A DNA stretch of 64,000 nucleotides from Squalus acanthias. Its lineage: Eukaryota. The stretch's first letter is position 1. The number at the start of each line of letters is the position of its first letter. The notes under the pieces are model-generated. The model made no database searches and was not told the origin of the DNA. It saw nothing but the letters and a program-made list of their open reading frames with translations. Position numbers and translations under genes: made by a program. Positions 1-12,286 of the stretch are shown piece after piece. The stretch lies in NCBI GenBank assembly GCA_030390025.1, contig CM059446.1, positions 14,136,001 through 14,200,000 of the forward strand, in the 5' to 3' direction.

Positions 1-250
1 GTCAGTGTTTGACAGCTTCAAGGAGCTGTCAAACGCTGATATTTCATCTGTCAAAAGCTCTTGACAGATGAAATGTCAATCTGTGACATCACCTGTTGCC
101 GGGTGGCCCTTAATTGGCCTGCTGAGCCCACTGGGCGGGCTTAACAAGGTCAATCAAGGGAAAATCGAGTGGGTTGGCCACAACTCAATGGAGGCGGGAC
201 TACAACCCCAAAAGTGGGAGTCCCGCCTCCTGCTCACCTCCATTGATAAA
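1..250 (+). mobile_element. Right-hand part of Harbinger-like MITE family A (cut by window start)
   Basis: Same TGACAG hairpin array, GGCGGGCTTAACAAGGTCAATCAAGGGAAAAT segment and subterminal GGAGGCGGGACT..AGTCCCGCCTCC hairpin as the copies at 40732, 44686 and 47226. Confidence 0.8.
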
Positions 251-1607
251 ATCCTACATGTTCTACCATGCTATGGTCACATGGATGGAATTAGCAATAT
301 TACAAGGTCATCCACTGGACTCAATATCCACCCTCTCCATCTGTGTTGTACCAAACTTGACATCTTCCTGGCTCTTATGGATATGTAGATTTTGGTGACA
401 ACTGGACCAGCTTTTTGGTACGGAATGAATGGGCTTTTCTGTAATGTGCCTCTGGTGAATAGCCTGCAACCACTGACTCGCACATGACTGATGGCCACTT
501 GAGTGAGGTACAGGAAGGTAACAGACATCCAGGGACAGCCAAGAGTCAATGTAATTAGGAGAGAATAAAATTGACAAGCTAAAAATATTTGAAACTTCAT
601 TCACCAACATTGGTTTTCATTTGTAGCCAGCTAAGGAAATGCAAGCACCTCATTTGGTTTTCTGATCATGAAATAATCTTATTACAATGGCACCCAAAGC
701 TCTGATTAAGAAATTGTTTTCATCACTTTCTACTTTAGGCACAATTTTGCTCATGCTATTTCCATATAATGAACTTCATTATAATTATATTTGAACATCA
801 GATTCACAGTCTACTAATAGAATTTGATGCACAGGAATTTTCTGGGTACACATCTTACAATGCATTGAGAGGCACATGCCTCTATGTTGGCAAGGCCTTC
901 TCTCATCATCTTCCCATGCAACAAAACTACTCCAAGGCATTCTCTCTCACAGCTTTGATGTGGAAATGTGACACCTAAGAACAAAGCAAATTCTTCACAA
1001 TAAGCAAATGTATTTGAGGAAATCCCAAATTCCTTGTCAAGAGGATGGTAATCATTATGAATTATTTCAATCATCAGAGAGTATGACTAGGGGGAAACAC
1101 CCTTCCATTACCACCCACTCCACTACCACCACGCCACACCCCCAACCCCCCAGCCAGCTGTCTGAAAGAGTTGTTTACTTGTTTAGACTAAACATAAAGC
1201 CTATTGGAATATTTGAGAAGCCTATTAATGGCTGTGGCAATCACAGTTGATTAGTTCATATCTGCCCCTTTTCTGCACTGGATAATCAGTCTACCCACAG
1301 ACTTTCAAAACAAAGAACTACTCTGAAACAGCAGCAATGACTCCAATTAAAAGTCCCAGTACATTAGTCTAGCTGGAGATTCACATGAGATATAACACAA
1401 AAATATGTCATAACACCATGCAGGGTGGAGTCCACATTCATCTCACAAGCTTTAAAAGATTATGTTGATTAGTTCCATAATAAAGTAATTTCACTATTAA
1501 AGGTATATTTTTTCAAATTATTTTTCCATAGGTTCCATGAAATATACACTCAACAGTACACGTGTGCAGCCCTAATACAATGTGTTGGAACTGTAACAAG
1601 TGCATTG

Positions 1608-2238
1608 TAATAAGAACATAAGATGTAGGAGCAGGAGCAGGTCATTTGGCCCCTCGAGCCTGCTCCGCCATTCAATAAGATCATGGCTGATCTGATCTTG
1701 GCCTCAACTCCACTTCCCTGCCTGCTCCCCATAACCCTTGACTCCCTTATAGTTCAAAAATCTGTCTATCTCCACCTTAAATATATTCAATGACCCAGCC
1801 TCCACAGCTCTCTGGGGAAGAGAATTCCAAAGATTCACGACCCTCAGAGAAGAAATTCCTCCTCATTTCCGATTTAAAAGGGTGCCCCCTTATTCTGAAA
1901 TTATGCCCCCTAGTTCTAGATTCCCCCATGAGGGGAAACATCCTCTCTGCATCTACCCTGTCAAGCCCCTTCAGAATCTTATAAGTTTCAATAAGATCAC
2001 CTCTCATTCTTCTAAACTCCAATGAGTATAGGCCCAATCTGCTCAACCTTTCTTCATAAGATAACCCCTTCATCTCCGCAATCAACCTCGTGAACCTTCT
2101 CTGAACTGCCTCCAATGCAAGTATATCCTTCCTTAAATAAGGAGACCAAAACTGTACGCAGTACTCCAGGTGTGGTCTCACCTGGAGTACTGCGTATAGT
2201 TTTGGTCTCCTTATTTAAGGAAGGATATACTTGCATTG
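1608..2238 (-). mobile_element. CR1 LINE 3' fragment with a fold-back inverted duplication at its truncated 5' end
   Basis: ORF 1777..2181 (RPHLEYCVQFWSPY..LEAVQRRFTRLI..RRMRGDLIETYKI) is the CR1 ORF2 C-terminus; (TTCTTATG)-type tail near 1610; 60-bp inverted arms at 2113-2172 and 2179-2238. Confidence 0.93.
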
Positions 2239-2409
2239 CATATAATGAATCGTGCCATTCAAAGGAGGTCCTCTAGAATTTCACTCACTTCATAACTTTC
2301 TAAATTCTCATACCTTCCGAATTTTACTTACCATTGATTTTGTTTTTCTAATCTGTGCAATAACTTATATAATTAAAAAACAATAGTAACATGGATTTTA
2401 ATTGTATTA

Positions 2410-2694
2410 AATAACAACAGAAAATGCTGGAAACACTCAGCAGGCCAGGCAGCATCCGTGGAGAGAGAAACAGAGTTAACGTTTCGGGTCTGTGACCCTT
2501 CGTCAGAACTGGAAAAAGTTAGGGATGTAACAGGTTTTAAGCAGGTGCAGAGACAGAGAAAGGGGTGGGGGGAGGGGAGGGGAGGAAGGAACTAAAGGGA
2601 CGGTCTTTGCTAGAATGGAAGGCAGGAGAAATTAAATGCTGCAAATGGGATTTATTTATTTCAGATTTCCAGCATCCACAGTATTTTGCTATTG
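2410..2694 (-). mobile_element. Penelope-like element remnant (pseudo-LTR) containing a hammerhead motif
   Basis: Contains ACAGAAAATGCTGGAAACACTCAGCAGG..GCAGCATC and an inverted end piece. Flanked by a 14-bp near-identical repeat, TTTTAATTGTATTA (2396-2409) and TTTTAATTATATTA (2695-2708). Confidence 0.8.
2474..2510 (-). ncRNA. Minimal type I hammerhead ribozyme motif
   Basis: Minus strand reads AGTT-CTGACGA-AGGGTC(ACA)GACCC-GAAA-CG-TT-AACT: core boxes, stem II, palindromic ACGT stem III, 4-bp stem I, GUU cleavage triplet. Confidence 0.65.
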
Positions 2695-4264
2695 TTTTAA
2701 TTATATTAGTTCCTTAAGATTTCTGCAACATTTTAAATGAGTAAAAAAATGTCCAAGCTGCATCTTTAGAATAATGTATTACACATACCTGTGAAGGTGA
2801 AGAATGTGCTTCAATTCCCACTGAAACATCGTTGATACAGCATTAAAAGAGCCTGTACCCGCTGAGATTATGCGGCAACTTTGTGATAGTGTTAGTCAGT
2901 ATCCACTGCATCTCACGACAATCACAGTAGTTGTTGGGCCAGTATTAGTGATTCTGAGAATTTGGCATCATGGCAATCAAAGGGATTGAGGCACAGCCAT
3001 AGATGACTTGCTCCCAGAATCCCAGAGATACCCAAATCAGGTCCATTTTGTGGGATCTTGGGGTCTTTTCCAAACAATGAGCTGCAACTTCATGAAAAAA
3101 TAATACAAATAGCAAAATTTCTCTCATAATTGATTCAAGTGGAGTAGCTGCAGAGAGTCTCAATAAGCATGATGTTGAGATTAATGGCATGATAATTGTC
3201 AGTATATTTTGAATTTCACAAGCATCATGAACTAGATTAGGGTGAGCAGGAAGGAGAACATGACCAGACAGAAACTATGATATGAGCATGACTTTTCTGC
3301 ATCCATTTGACAAAGTAGTACTGAAATGGTGCAACCTTTTTAAAGGTAGAGTAGGCTTGCTAAGCAGTTTTTACCTGATGTGCATTGATTAAGTTATAAA
3401 TTGAGACGACATAAGTTGTCCCACATATCTCTTCCTATCCTCGCCCCATCAATGAACAGCATACATTATCTCCATACATATTTTAACTGTGACTAAGGAA
3501 TTGCAAACCATTATTATGTATACATATAAGGTAGGCACAGGAAACATGTGCACAATGAATGGGCATCCATTAGATTAGGTTAAAAAGAAAGATGATTTGC
3601 ATGCCATGGTTGACTACTCACTGAGCAAATGCACACACTTATCAAAATTCCTTTTAATGTCTGATTTAGGAAAAGACAAAAAGAACAAAAGAACTATAAA
3701 AATGATCAGGCTACTTTCATTATTGAAACAAGAACAATCGACAACTCTGCTGAATGGTAAGTAGATAGGAAGCTGAAATTGCTTTTTGGTAAGATGTATA
3801 GTCTGCACTGAGAGAAGGAAGCAAACTCTCAGCATTGTGTCTTACATTAGTGGGATCTCAAAAAGCTTCAGTAACTTATGGTCAACTGGGTGTGTGACAG
3901 ATGCTTTGCAAAGAGGAAAAAAGCTGAAACTGATTTCTATCAGATACTCATCCTCTGACACAACTACAAGGATATTTTTTCCCCTACTGGGATTACTCAC
4001 ATCTTCAGTGTAGGATTTGTTCTCATTAACACCGTCTACAACATCAGTATTAACCACTGTCATTTATTATCCGCAGTATTCCTGGATACTATTGGGGAGT
4101 GCAGCATTTGCACCAGGTCGAATTGCACAGTGGTACCCAGTTGAGGCTGCTGAGATCATATTACACAATGCCAGCACCAAGACAATCATAACCCAATATT
4201 TAACACAAACGTCATTATCCATCCTATCCAGATGGTTCTGAAGTGAAGGTTTTGGTCTCTAAAT

Positions 4265-4560
4265 GATACAAACCAGGAATGTCCTGGATTCAATCCACAG
4301 TCTGTTCTAAGTTACCTGATCTCAGCTGCCCAATAGCAGTGGTGCTACAATTGGTCCGGGGGGGAGTTGGAAATCACCCTAGATTTGCTCTTCCTTTGCT
4401 ACACTGTGGCCACTACTGAATGGATCTCTTCGTGAACATTAGCTGAGGGCAGGATTAGACACAGATTTGATGTCCTCATAGTTGGTTGACCTGCTAACAT
4501 TCATTATAAAGGCTCATATATAAATAAAGGGCAGTTATACAAGGCACCCAGCATTCATGG
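4265..4560 (+). mobile_element. LF-SINE-like element, diverged
   Basis: GTCCTGGATTCAATCC..CTAAGTTACCTGATCTCAGC..GTGCTACAATTGG..TGAGGGCAGGATT resembles the recalled LF-SINE consensus. Confidence 0.65.
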
Positions 4561-4974
4561 ACACATGCAACTCTGAGGGAGTGAACAATTTCAGGAGAGG
4601 GGAGAAAATTGGATGGAAAAAAAGGTTTAGAAAAATTGGCGGGGGGGGGGGGAGGAAACGGGACTTTGATTACCCAAAGAGAGTCTGGCACAGTGAACAC
4701 TGGTCTTAGTTACGGACTCGATCCTAAATTTCATATAATTACCATTGGCATTGCCTCACCTGCACACAGGCAAGGTGAGCAGATTATCTGCCAGATTTTA
4801 TTTCACTATTTTTATTTCATACTATCCTGTGTATCAAAGTAACCAAAGAGATTGCTGCACTAGGGGTCAGGAACTTGGGAAGAATCAAGGTATACAGTAG
4901 GCTACAGACAATAATGCCCTCTGTACAAAATTATAAGAAAAAATGAAAGTATGACTATTTTTCTAATTTGGCTA

Positions 4975-5340
4975 ATTTTAAGATTGTGTCCCCCTTATTC
5001 TGATTCACTCCACCAGAGGAACTAGCTTCTCCGTATCTATCCGATTGAATCCCTTTATTATTTTAAACACCTCAATTAGATCACCCCTCAGCCATCGAAA
5101 TTCATGGGAACACAAGCCAAGTTTCTGCAACCTGCCCTCATAATTTAACCCTTTAAGCCCTGGCATCGTTTTGGAGAATCTGCACTGTACCCCGTCCAAT
5201 ACCCTTCCTGAGATGCGGTGCTAAAACTGAACACAGTATATTAGATGGGGTCTGAGCAAAGTTCTGCGTAACTGAAGCATCACTTCACTTCCTCCCCTTT
5301 GTATTCCAGCCCCTTGAGATAAAGGCCATTAGCCATTTTG
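4975..5340 (-). mobile_element. CR1 LINE ORF2 3' fragment
   Basis: ORF 5005..5199 reads VQCRFSKTMPGLKGLNYEGRLQKLGL..LRGDLIEVFKI. Confidence 0.85.
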
Positions 5341-5788
5341 GTACTGTTTCTGAAGAAGTGCATTTTCAAATAAATGCATTCATTTTCTATAAAACCTTAC
5401 AATTATTTTATTACATACATATGGGAGTGTGAACACACTCCACCCTCATTACAAGATATGCAGTTATCCCTGTCAATAGGCCACATGAGCCTAGGCTTGT
5501 GGCTTTTTTAATGTTATATTCCATTCTATTTACACATCTAACAACACACAAATGTTCGGGCTCCCAAGGACCAAGTTATAATGAGTGGTGTATATCATAC
5601 ATTGTTGCATAGAAGAGAGTTAGTAAAGTTGTGGTTATACCATTGGAGAATGTCAAGTGCAGCCGACAAGAACCACATTACATTGCTTGGCTGCCTGTAG
5701 AAAGCATGCTTACATGGAGCATCGCTCGTGGCTAGTCAATTTTTAAATATATTTTGAATGCAGAGAGGGAATCATGTGTAAAGAGTTG

Positions 5789-6240
5789 AGAAAGAAAGAC
5801 TTGCACTTATATAGCGCCTTTCATGACCACCGGACATCCCAAAGCGTTTTACAGCCAATGAAGTACTTTTGGAGTGCAGTCACTGTTATAATGTAGGAAA
5901 CACAGCAGCCAATTTGCATACAGCAAGCTCCCACAAACAGCAATGTGATGCTGACCAGATAAACTGTTTTAGATGTTGATTGAAGGATAAATATTGGCTA
6001 GGAAACTGGGGATAACTCCCCTGCTCTTCTTCAAAATAGTGCCATAGGATCTTTTACGTCCACCTGAGAGAGCAGACGGGGCCTCGGTTTAACATCTCAT
6101 CTCCAACAGTGCAGCACTCCCTCGGTACTGCACTGAAGTGTCAGCCTAGATTTTTGTGCTCAAGTCTCTGGAGTGGGACTTGAACCCACAACCTTCTGAC
6201 TCAGAGGCGAGAGTGCTACCAACTGAACCACAGCTGTCAC
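5789..6240 (-). mobile_element. tRNA-derived Deu-domain SINE (SacSINE1-like), full length
   Basis: tRNA-like head with A and B boxes (GTGGTTCAGTTGG, GGTTCAAGTCC), conserved core, and an L2-like tail AAAGGCGCTATATAAGTGCAAGTCTTTC. At least seven related copies occur in the window. Confidence 0.85.
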
Positions 6241-7750
6241 TGCGGGGGGCGGTAGAAGTCAATTCTGGAATTTGGAACATGAGGCAAAACAGGATATAAT
6301 GTATTCCCAAAAACCAGCTCCTGTTCTGTTACTCTCCCTCCCAACCAAGGGTTGTACTTATGTTTGAGAATGCAGAGTGCTAGTTTTCTCCAAACATGAA
6401 AAAAAAATGGCAGTAAATCTGTAAAGACCAATGGACTTCTGAACACTTTTTCCAACTCCCTTGGCACCACATCTGTTATACACCACACCATGCTAAGGTA
6501 AAGCAGTATGAAACCGCTTTCCTGAGGGGCTCTCATGACTGCTTTCCAGAGTCAGACTGGGGCCTGAATCAGAGTTATGCTGCCGTGTTTTCATTGAGTG
6601 GTAATGTAACTGGACTCTAAATGAACATAATCCTCTGTATATCCATATAAGTTCTGGTTCACAGATTATGTATTGGATATTTACCAATGATTGTTGTCAA
6701 CTATTTTGACTTTTGAAACTTAAAATACAAAAACAAGGATCACCATGACTATATTCTTTTTACCTCATAAATGCCATAATGTCTCACAGAAGGAAGAAAT
6801 ACAAGGCTTGAAAACAAATAACAAAAATATCCAATTATGCCATCAACTCTGCTACAAAAATCCAATTATCTGCAGGTCTGGCCACAGCTGCAGTAATTGG
6901 TGACCTGCACTTTTGGTCAGCAGACAATCGGGATGATGAAGGCAATTAAACACAAAGTCTATACATGCCCTGCAGAGGTTATTGTGGCTGCTATATCAGA
7001 CCTCATCAATTTCAAAATAAAAAGAATGGAAGCTGCCTCCATATTTCTTCAACCGTGGTTGCAACCAAAATGTTAGTGAGGTGATCATAAGGTAAATTAT
7101 GTCAATGGAATGACAAATGCAGGCTTTGCAAAAACAGAGAGGAATAATTACAGGCCCAGGATATAATTGAGCAATTTGATTGTCCTGCACTTGAGCTGTC
7201 GTTTTGATGTGAAGTGCTGTCACACCCGGCAACACTACTAGAATCGGACAGGCCCCGTCCACTTTGATCTATGCTTACGCAAATGAAATGAGGTCAAAAT
7301 CTGGTCATTAGAAACTCCCTTATGTGATTAAGGCTTTCAACTTTACAGGAGATTTTTATCAGTGATCACGAAGCACAAATTGTCAATGCTTTGAGAAGGA
7401 AAAAAACATGTAAACAGGAGGCAACAAAGTGAAAAGGTGCATTAGATAGAGGGAGGTGTTAGAGCCAGAGACCAGCTTCCTTAAAGATAAGTATGATTTA
7501 AATTTATACTGGCTGAACAAACAAAACAAAATACTAAATCAGTTAAATAGAGGGAAAATACACACACACACACATATATTTTTTACAATATTGCATTTAG
7601 AAACTCGCAGATTAATAAAGTGTATAATATATGTTAAAAGAGCTATATAAAAGGCATTTTTCCTGCTCATCTTTAACTGTTTTATGTGTCTGTGATCATG
7701 TGCAGCAATATAGAAAGATTGCATGCATGACCCCTTGGCTGATGTCTTAC

Positions 7751-7877
7751 CATATCATCTTTGGGTTTCACCACTTTCATGAAGGCACCCCTTGTTTTTG
7801 CTTCTTCATATTCTATTTTTGCAACTTTTCTTGCATCCAAGAACTTCAGATTTGGCAATTTGTGAAGGATGAAATAC
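7751..7877 (-). CDS. LRMDA: LRMDA internal coding exon (equivalent to human exon 5), 127 bp
   Basis: Acceptor cttccctttccAG and donor GTAAGA. Translates to (R)[42 protein letters not shown], versus recalled human [39 protein letters not shown]. Lies within ORF 7682..7984. Confidence 0.95.
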
Positions 7878-8121
7878 CTGGAAAGGGAAGCATCAAAGAG
7901 GTCTTGGTAAGTAAAGTTGCATGTCCACCAAAAACAGTCAAGAGGAAAAGTCCACAGGACTAAGAAAAACAATAAAATAAACAACCAAATGGAGATAATG
8001 ATTGGAAAATGAGTCCAGATTGCATATTACAATAGGAACAAAAGTCTGATGGACAAAAGGTGTAAAATGGAGATAAGAGCATGCAAGGGATACCTTAGAT
8101 ATTAAGACATCACAAAACATA

Positions 8122-8538
8122 AAGAAGAAAGAACTTGCATTTATATAGCACCTTTCACAATATCAGGATATCCCAAAGGGTATCACAGCCAATGAAGAAC
8201 CTTTGAAGTGTAGTCACTGTTGTAATGCAGGGAAACACAGCAACCAATCTGCGCACAGCAAGGTCCCACAAACAACACTGACATAAATGACCAGATAATG
8301 TTTTTAATGGTGTTGGTTGAGGAATAAATGTTAGCTAGGACACTGAAAGAGAGTAGGGGAGTTCTCCCAAACAGTACCATGGGAGCAAATGGAGCCTCTG
8401 TTTAATGTCTCATCCAAAAGATGCCACCTCAGACAATGCAGCACTCTCTCAGTACTGCACTGAAGTGTCAGCCTAGATTATGTGCTCACGACCTTGAATG
8501 CGACTTGAACCCACAACCTTCTGACTCAGAGACAAGAG
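8122..8538 (-). mobile_element. SacSINE1-like SINE
   Basis: Colinear with 5789-6240; ORF 8183..8380 is SINE-derived. Confidence 0.85.
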
Positions 8539-8643
8539 TGCTACCTCTAAGCTAAGGCAAATATGAAAGGTGTAGAAATCTAAAAATATTCCGGAGGAAA
8601 ATCATCAATAACAGAGGTGGAAAGCAAAGTCATATTCTATCCA

Positions 8644-8814
8644 TGATGCGGAGATGCCGGTGTTGGACTGGGGTGGACGAAAGTGAGAAGTCGCACAACA
8701 CCAGGTTATAGTCCAACAGTTTTATTTGAAATCACAAGCTTTCGGAGCTCCGAAAGCTTGTGATTTCAAATAAAACTGTTGGACTATAACCTGGTGTTGT
8801 GCGACTTCTCACTT
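8644..8814. mobile_element. Penelope-like insertion containing a perfect 134-bp palindrome (8681-8814)
   Basis: Contains the shark Penelope terminal motif CACAACACCAGGTTATAGTCCAACAG; exact 12-bp TSD ATATTCTATCCA at 8632-8643 and 8815-8826. Confidence 0.85.
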
Positions 8815-9193
8815 ATATTCTATCCAAGCAGTTAAAATTTACGAGGGCAACTCCAGTTCAACGCAAAGGAGTCCAAGTCTGATGAAAGTTCTGCTCAAAG
8901 CAGAAGTTTTCTTAATTTAAGTTATTTTTCTCCCCATATGTTTCACATGACACTATAATAACCCAAGGTACTTTTGTAGCCTTTGTACTGCATGTCAAAT
9001 GTGCAACTGTCAGTTAAAAAACATCCTGCCTTCTTCAGGTTGTACATCTTAAAGTCAAATGCCTTAAGAGAAATGTGTTCCTATGTACAAAGGTTGGAAC
9101 AATAACAACTAAAATGTGAATGTGAGAACACCTGCTGTTAAAAGTTTTAATTTGGAAAATCTGATTCCTATCAAAGGAAACAGATAACATTTT

Positions 9194-9848
9194 GGGCCAT
9201 AATTTGCTTTAGCAGGGCAACGAATGGTTAGACTTGCACTTGTCTGTTAATCGCAATAATATTTGGCACCGCAAGTTACTGAAAGTGTGAGCTGATAACG
9301 TCGCAAGCGAGGGGAAACCGGGCATTTGGGACCTGAGTGAACAGAGCAAGCAACTGTGTATCTCCTTAACCAATCAAATTTAAGGATTGTGAAATTAACA
9401 GCGCAAGGTCTAAGAAGGAACTGTAAATTAGAGCATGTGAATTCAATGCCAAATAAGTTAAAGAGAAATAAAGAGAGGGAAAGAAAGATCGGATTGAGAG
9501 AGAGAGAAAAAAGAGGCAGAAAGGAAAAGAAAGAAAAAGTTTTATTTTAAATTTTACAGTTTGGCAGTACTTAACACTTATTACATCATTAAAAAGGTAC
9601 TTAGACTGAAATAGACAAAACTTAACTTTCTGAGGCGAGTTTAATTCATATCTACCATGCAAGTACAGGAACTTCACTTGAGGCAGACAGCGAGATTACA
9701 TTTCTGCGAAGTTAACAGCAAAGTGGCGCAACTTGTCAGCAATTTTTGGATTTCCGCGTTTAATCTTGCATCTGCCCCTCGCCTGAAGCTGCTGTAGCAT
9801 TTGTGCATAAATAATGGTAGGTGCCATTTTGACAGCAAATTATGGCTC
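9194..9848. mobile_element. Non-autonomous DNA transposon (Harbinger-like MITE)
   Basis: TIRs GGGCCATAATTTGC and GCAAATTATGGCTC (one mismatch); CpG-richer ends than flanks; no clear TSD. Confidence 0.7.
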
Positions 9849-10050
9849 AATATATTTGGTACAGTCAGTCAGATTAGGCCAAAACCACACTTTTTCAGTT
9901 GCCATATGGTTTAAGACTGGAATTTCTTTCTTCAAAATTGTAAAATTGAAAGCTTTTTAAAACTGAACACAAACAAAATGGCTTTCCCACAGAAAGAGAG
10001 TAAAATGCAATTGATAGATTACTTGAGGCTTCCACTTCAGTCACAATGTA

Positions 10051-10410
10051 CAGGAAACTTATTAACCGGCACCGACGGGACCGGCGTGGTGCCGGTTAAT
10101 CAAAAAGTCCGGATAACGAAGAGTTATATCTCCCAACGTACGAGAGCCCCGTACACACTGACATGCGCCTGCATTCGGAGCTCCGTCTCCCCGGGGACCG
10201 CCAGCTGACCATCTGTCGTGTCCGCTGCCTACCCGGGCTGCACATTCCCCTCCCAATCTACATGCTCCGATACACGGCAAACGCCTCGGGGTTTTTTTAA
10301 AGTTTTTTTTAAAGGAGAGATGAAGGAAAACCCCGGTTACCTACTCAAGAATTTTGCCGGTTAAGAGAGATTTCCGGTTATTTGGGTGCCGGTTAAAAGA
10401 GAGTTTCCTG
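10051..10410. mobile_element. Tc1/mariner-pogo (Tigger-like) MITE, 360 bp
   Basis: TA|CAGGAAACT..TTAACCGGCACC at the left end and GGTGCCGGTTAA..AGTTTCCTG|TA at the right; TA TSD; CpG-rich. Confidence 0.88.
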
Positions 10411-11580
10411 TAGTAAGCTTGTGATACGTACAAGATAATGCGACCAAGAGAAACCCATCATCTGGAGCTGAACCTTGTTTGCTGCTTTCTACAACGTTTA
10501 TTAATTGATAATTTGTTTTCCTAAGGAATGTCCCTCCTTTAAGGGCACACTTTTTAAAATCCTTCATTTTATTGCCAACGTTACTCAGACAAACATTGGC
10601 TGATCATTCCTTTCCCTAGCTCACAGATGTACCAAAAATCATCCTGGCTGAGATTGCTCATCACAGTAGAAACCAGTGACTGAAAGTTGGACTTCCTTGA
10701 TATGGTTCAATAACACATCACAAAATGCTGTTGGGAATGAAGGAGTGAAGATTCAATATCTAACCAGAGTCTAACAAGAGTCACTGATGTTCAAAGCACC
10801 TTGGCTTAACAGCGGAGCCAAACTGCTAAATCCAGATTCAGATATTGAAATCAGCAGGAACTTGAAAAGAGTAATTTCTTGGCCTTGAGGAACCTAATGA
10901 GGATTGGAAGCTCAATATCCCTTTCTTTGCTAGCCCTGAAAAGCTGGTAATTGCTTTGCTCCACTGGGCATAAAGTACTTGGACCATTTTCCTACGACTG
11001 TACCACCATGAAACAAAATGTAGTACAATTAGTGTCGCAGATATGTCACCTCATCAGTACCGGCAAACCCAACATAAGCATAAGCCAACATTCCCACAAG
11101 TTAATTTCATCATGTTCAATTAGCATTGCATTATTGTGCTTGTTCACTATCTTGAGTTGGTAGGTCAAGCTTTTATATAAAAACAAGTTTTAATAAAAGC
11201 TGCAGAATTAGAGAGATTTCTCTGGAAAGGGAAGAGTGGTGGTTTGGGAAGACATTATTGTGAGAGATGCTTAGGTCTTTCTGTCAAGCCAGTCATTTCT
11301 ATCTGGATGGGTGGGTTGCCATGTGCCTTTGCAGTTTAATTTTGTACTTATGTGGGGAGCACTATTGAAGTGGTTGTCTGCCGTTGGCAGTAGGCCAGAC
11401 ATTGAGACAAAGATCTTGAAGAATTTCTGCTGATTCAAGCTCAGTGAGTACATTTTTTTTAAAACTCAGCAATCTTCCACAGTGCTTTGACCCATACTGG
11501 TTGTATAAGAGGGAAGGGGGGAGAGAAGCAATCTCTCTGTGACTGCAGTGGAATGCCCTGTCCAGCTGCAGTTTGCAAAA

Positions 11581-12024
11581 ACAACAACAATCTGCATTTA
11601 TACAGTGCCTTTAAAGTGGAAAAGCATCTCGAGGTATTTCATAGAAGCATGAACAGATAATGAATGCTGAGCCAAAAAGGAGATATTAGGAGAGGTGACT
11701 AAAAGCTTGGTCAAATAGGGGGCTTTTAATAAGGGTCATAAAGCAGGCCTCTTGCACATCCCCAATTAATATCGCTCACCATTGGTGGCCGTGCCTTCAG
11801 CTTTCTAGGCACTTAGCTCTGGAATTCCCTCCCTAAACCTCTCCACCTCTCTCTCCTCCTTTAAGACGCTTCTTACAACCTATCTCTTTGACCAAGCTTT
11901 TGGTCACCTGTCCAATATCTCCTTATATGGCTCGATGTCAAATTTTGTCTGATTACACTCCTGTGAAGCGCCTTGGGAAGTCTTACTACGTTAAAAGTGC
12001 AATACAAATGCAAGTTGTTGTTGT
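11581..12024. mobile_element. Two L2 LINE 3' ends in opposite orientation (about 11581-11745 minus, 11746-12024 plus)
   Basis: Both carry the L2 3' terminus with outward-facing (TTG)n tails; homologous to 14574-15100 and 39750-40618. Confidence 0.8.
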
Positions 12025-12286
12025 TACGAGGGAGGTGGTGAGGCAAAAAGGAAAAAGTCCAAGAACTGGCTAGTGTTGGGATTTTAAAAAGATTACGAGA
12101 GACGCTCTTACAGTGGCGCTCAATTAGTTCCAATATCGTGAGACCGGCTTGGGTGATCTGGCTCCTTGTGCTTACACTAATAAATCCAGCTCCCTTAGCC
12201 TGGCAGCACATCTGTAGACCCATAAACAATTGTTTTTTTTTACGAAGCACTGTACCGGCACAAAGACCAGGCTTACTCAATCACAA

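Noticed and set aside
1-110. Hairpin array as a CRISPR array or prokaryotic terminators
   Set aside because: Eukaryotic context, no direct repeat-spacer periodicity, no cas genes; it is part of a dispersed MITE.
2789-2821. Possible small minus-strand exon (tttcAG..CAG|GTATGT) as LRMDA exon 6
   Set aside because: Translation does not resemble the expected YTPLP-containing exon; the true exon probably lies beyond the window start.
5789-6240. tRNA-like heads as tRNA genes (here and in the other SINE copies)
   Set aside because: They continue into SINE bodies and tails and do not form a complete cloverleaf.
8879-8912. CTGATGA followed by a TTCTGCT/AGCAGAA stem
   Set aside because: Lacks the GAAA box after the stem, so it is not a hammerhead.
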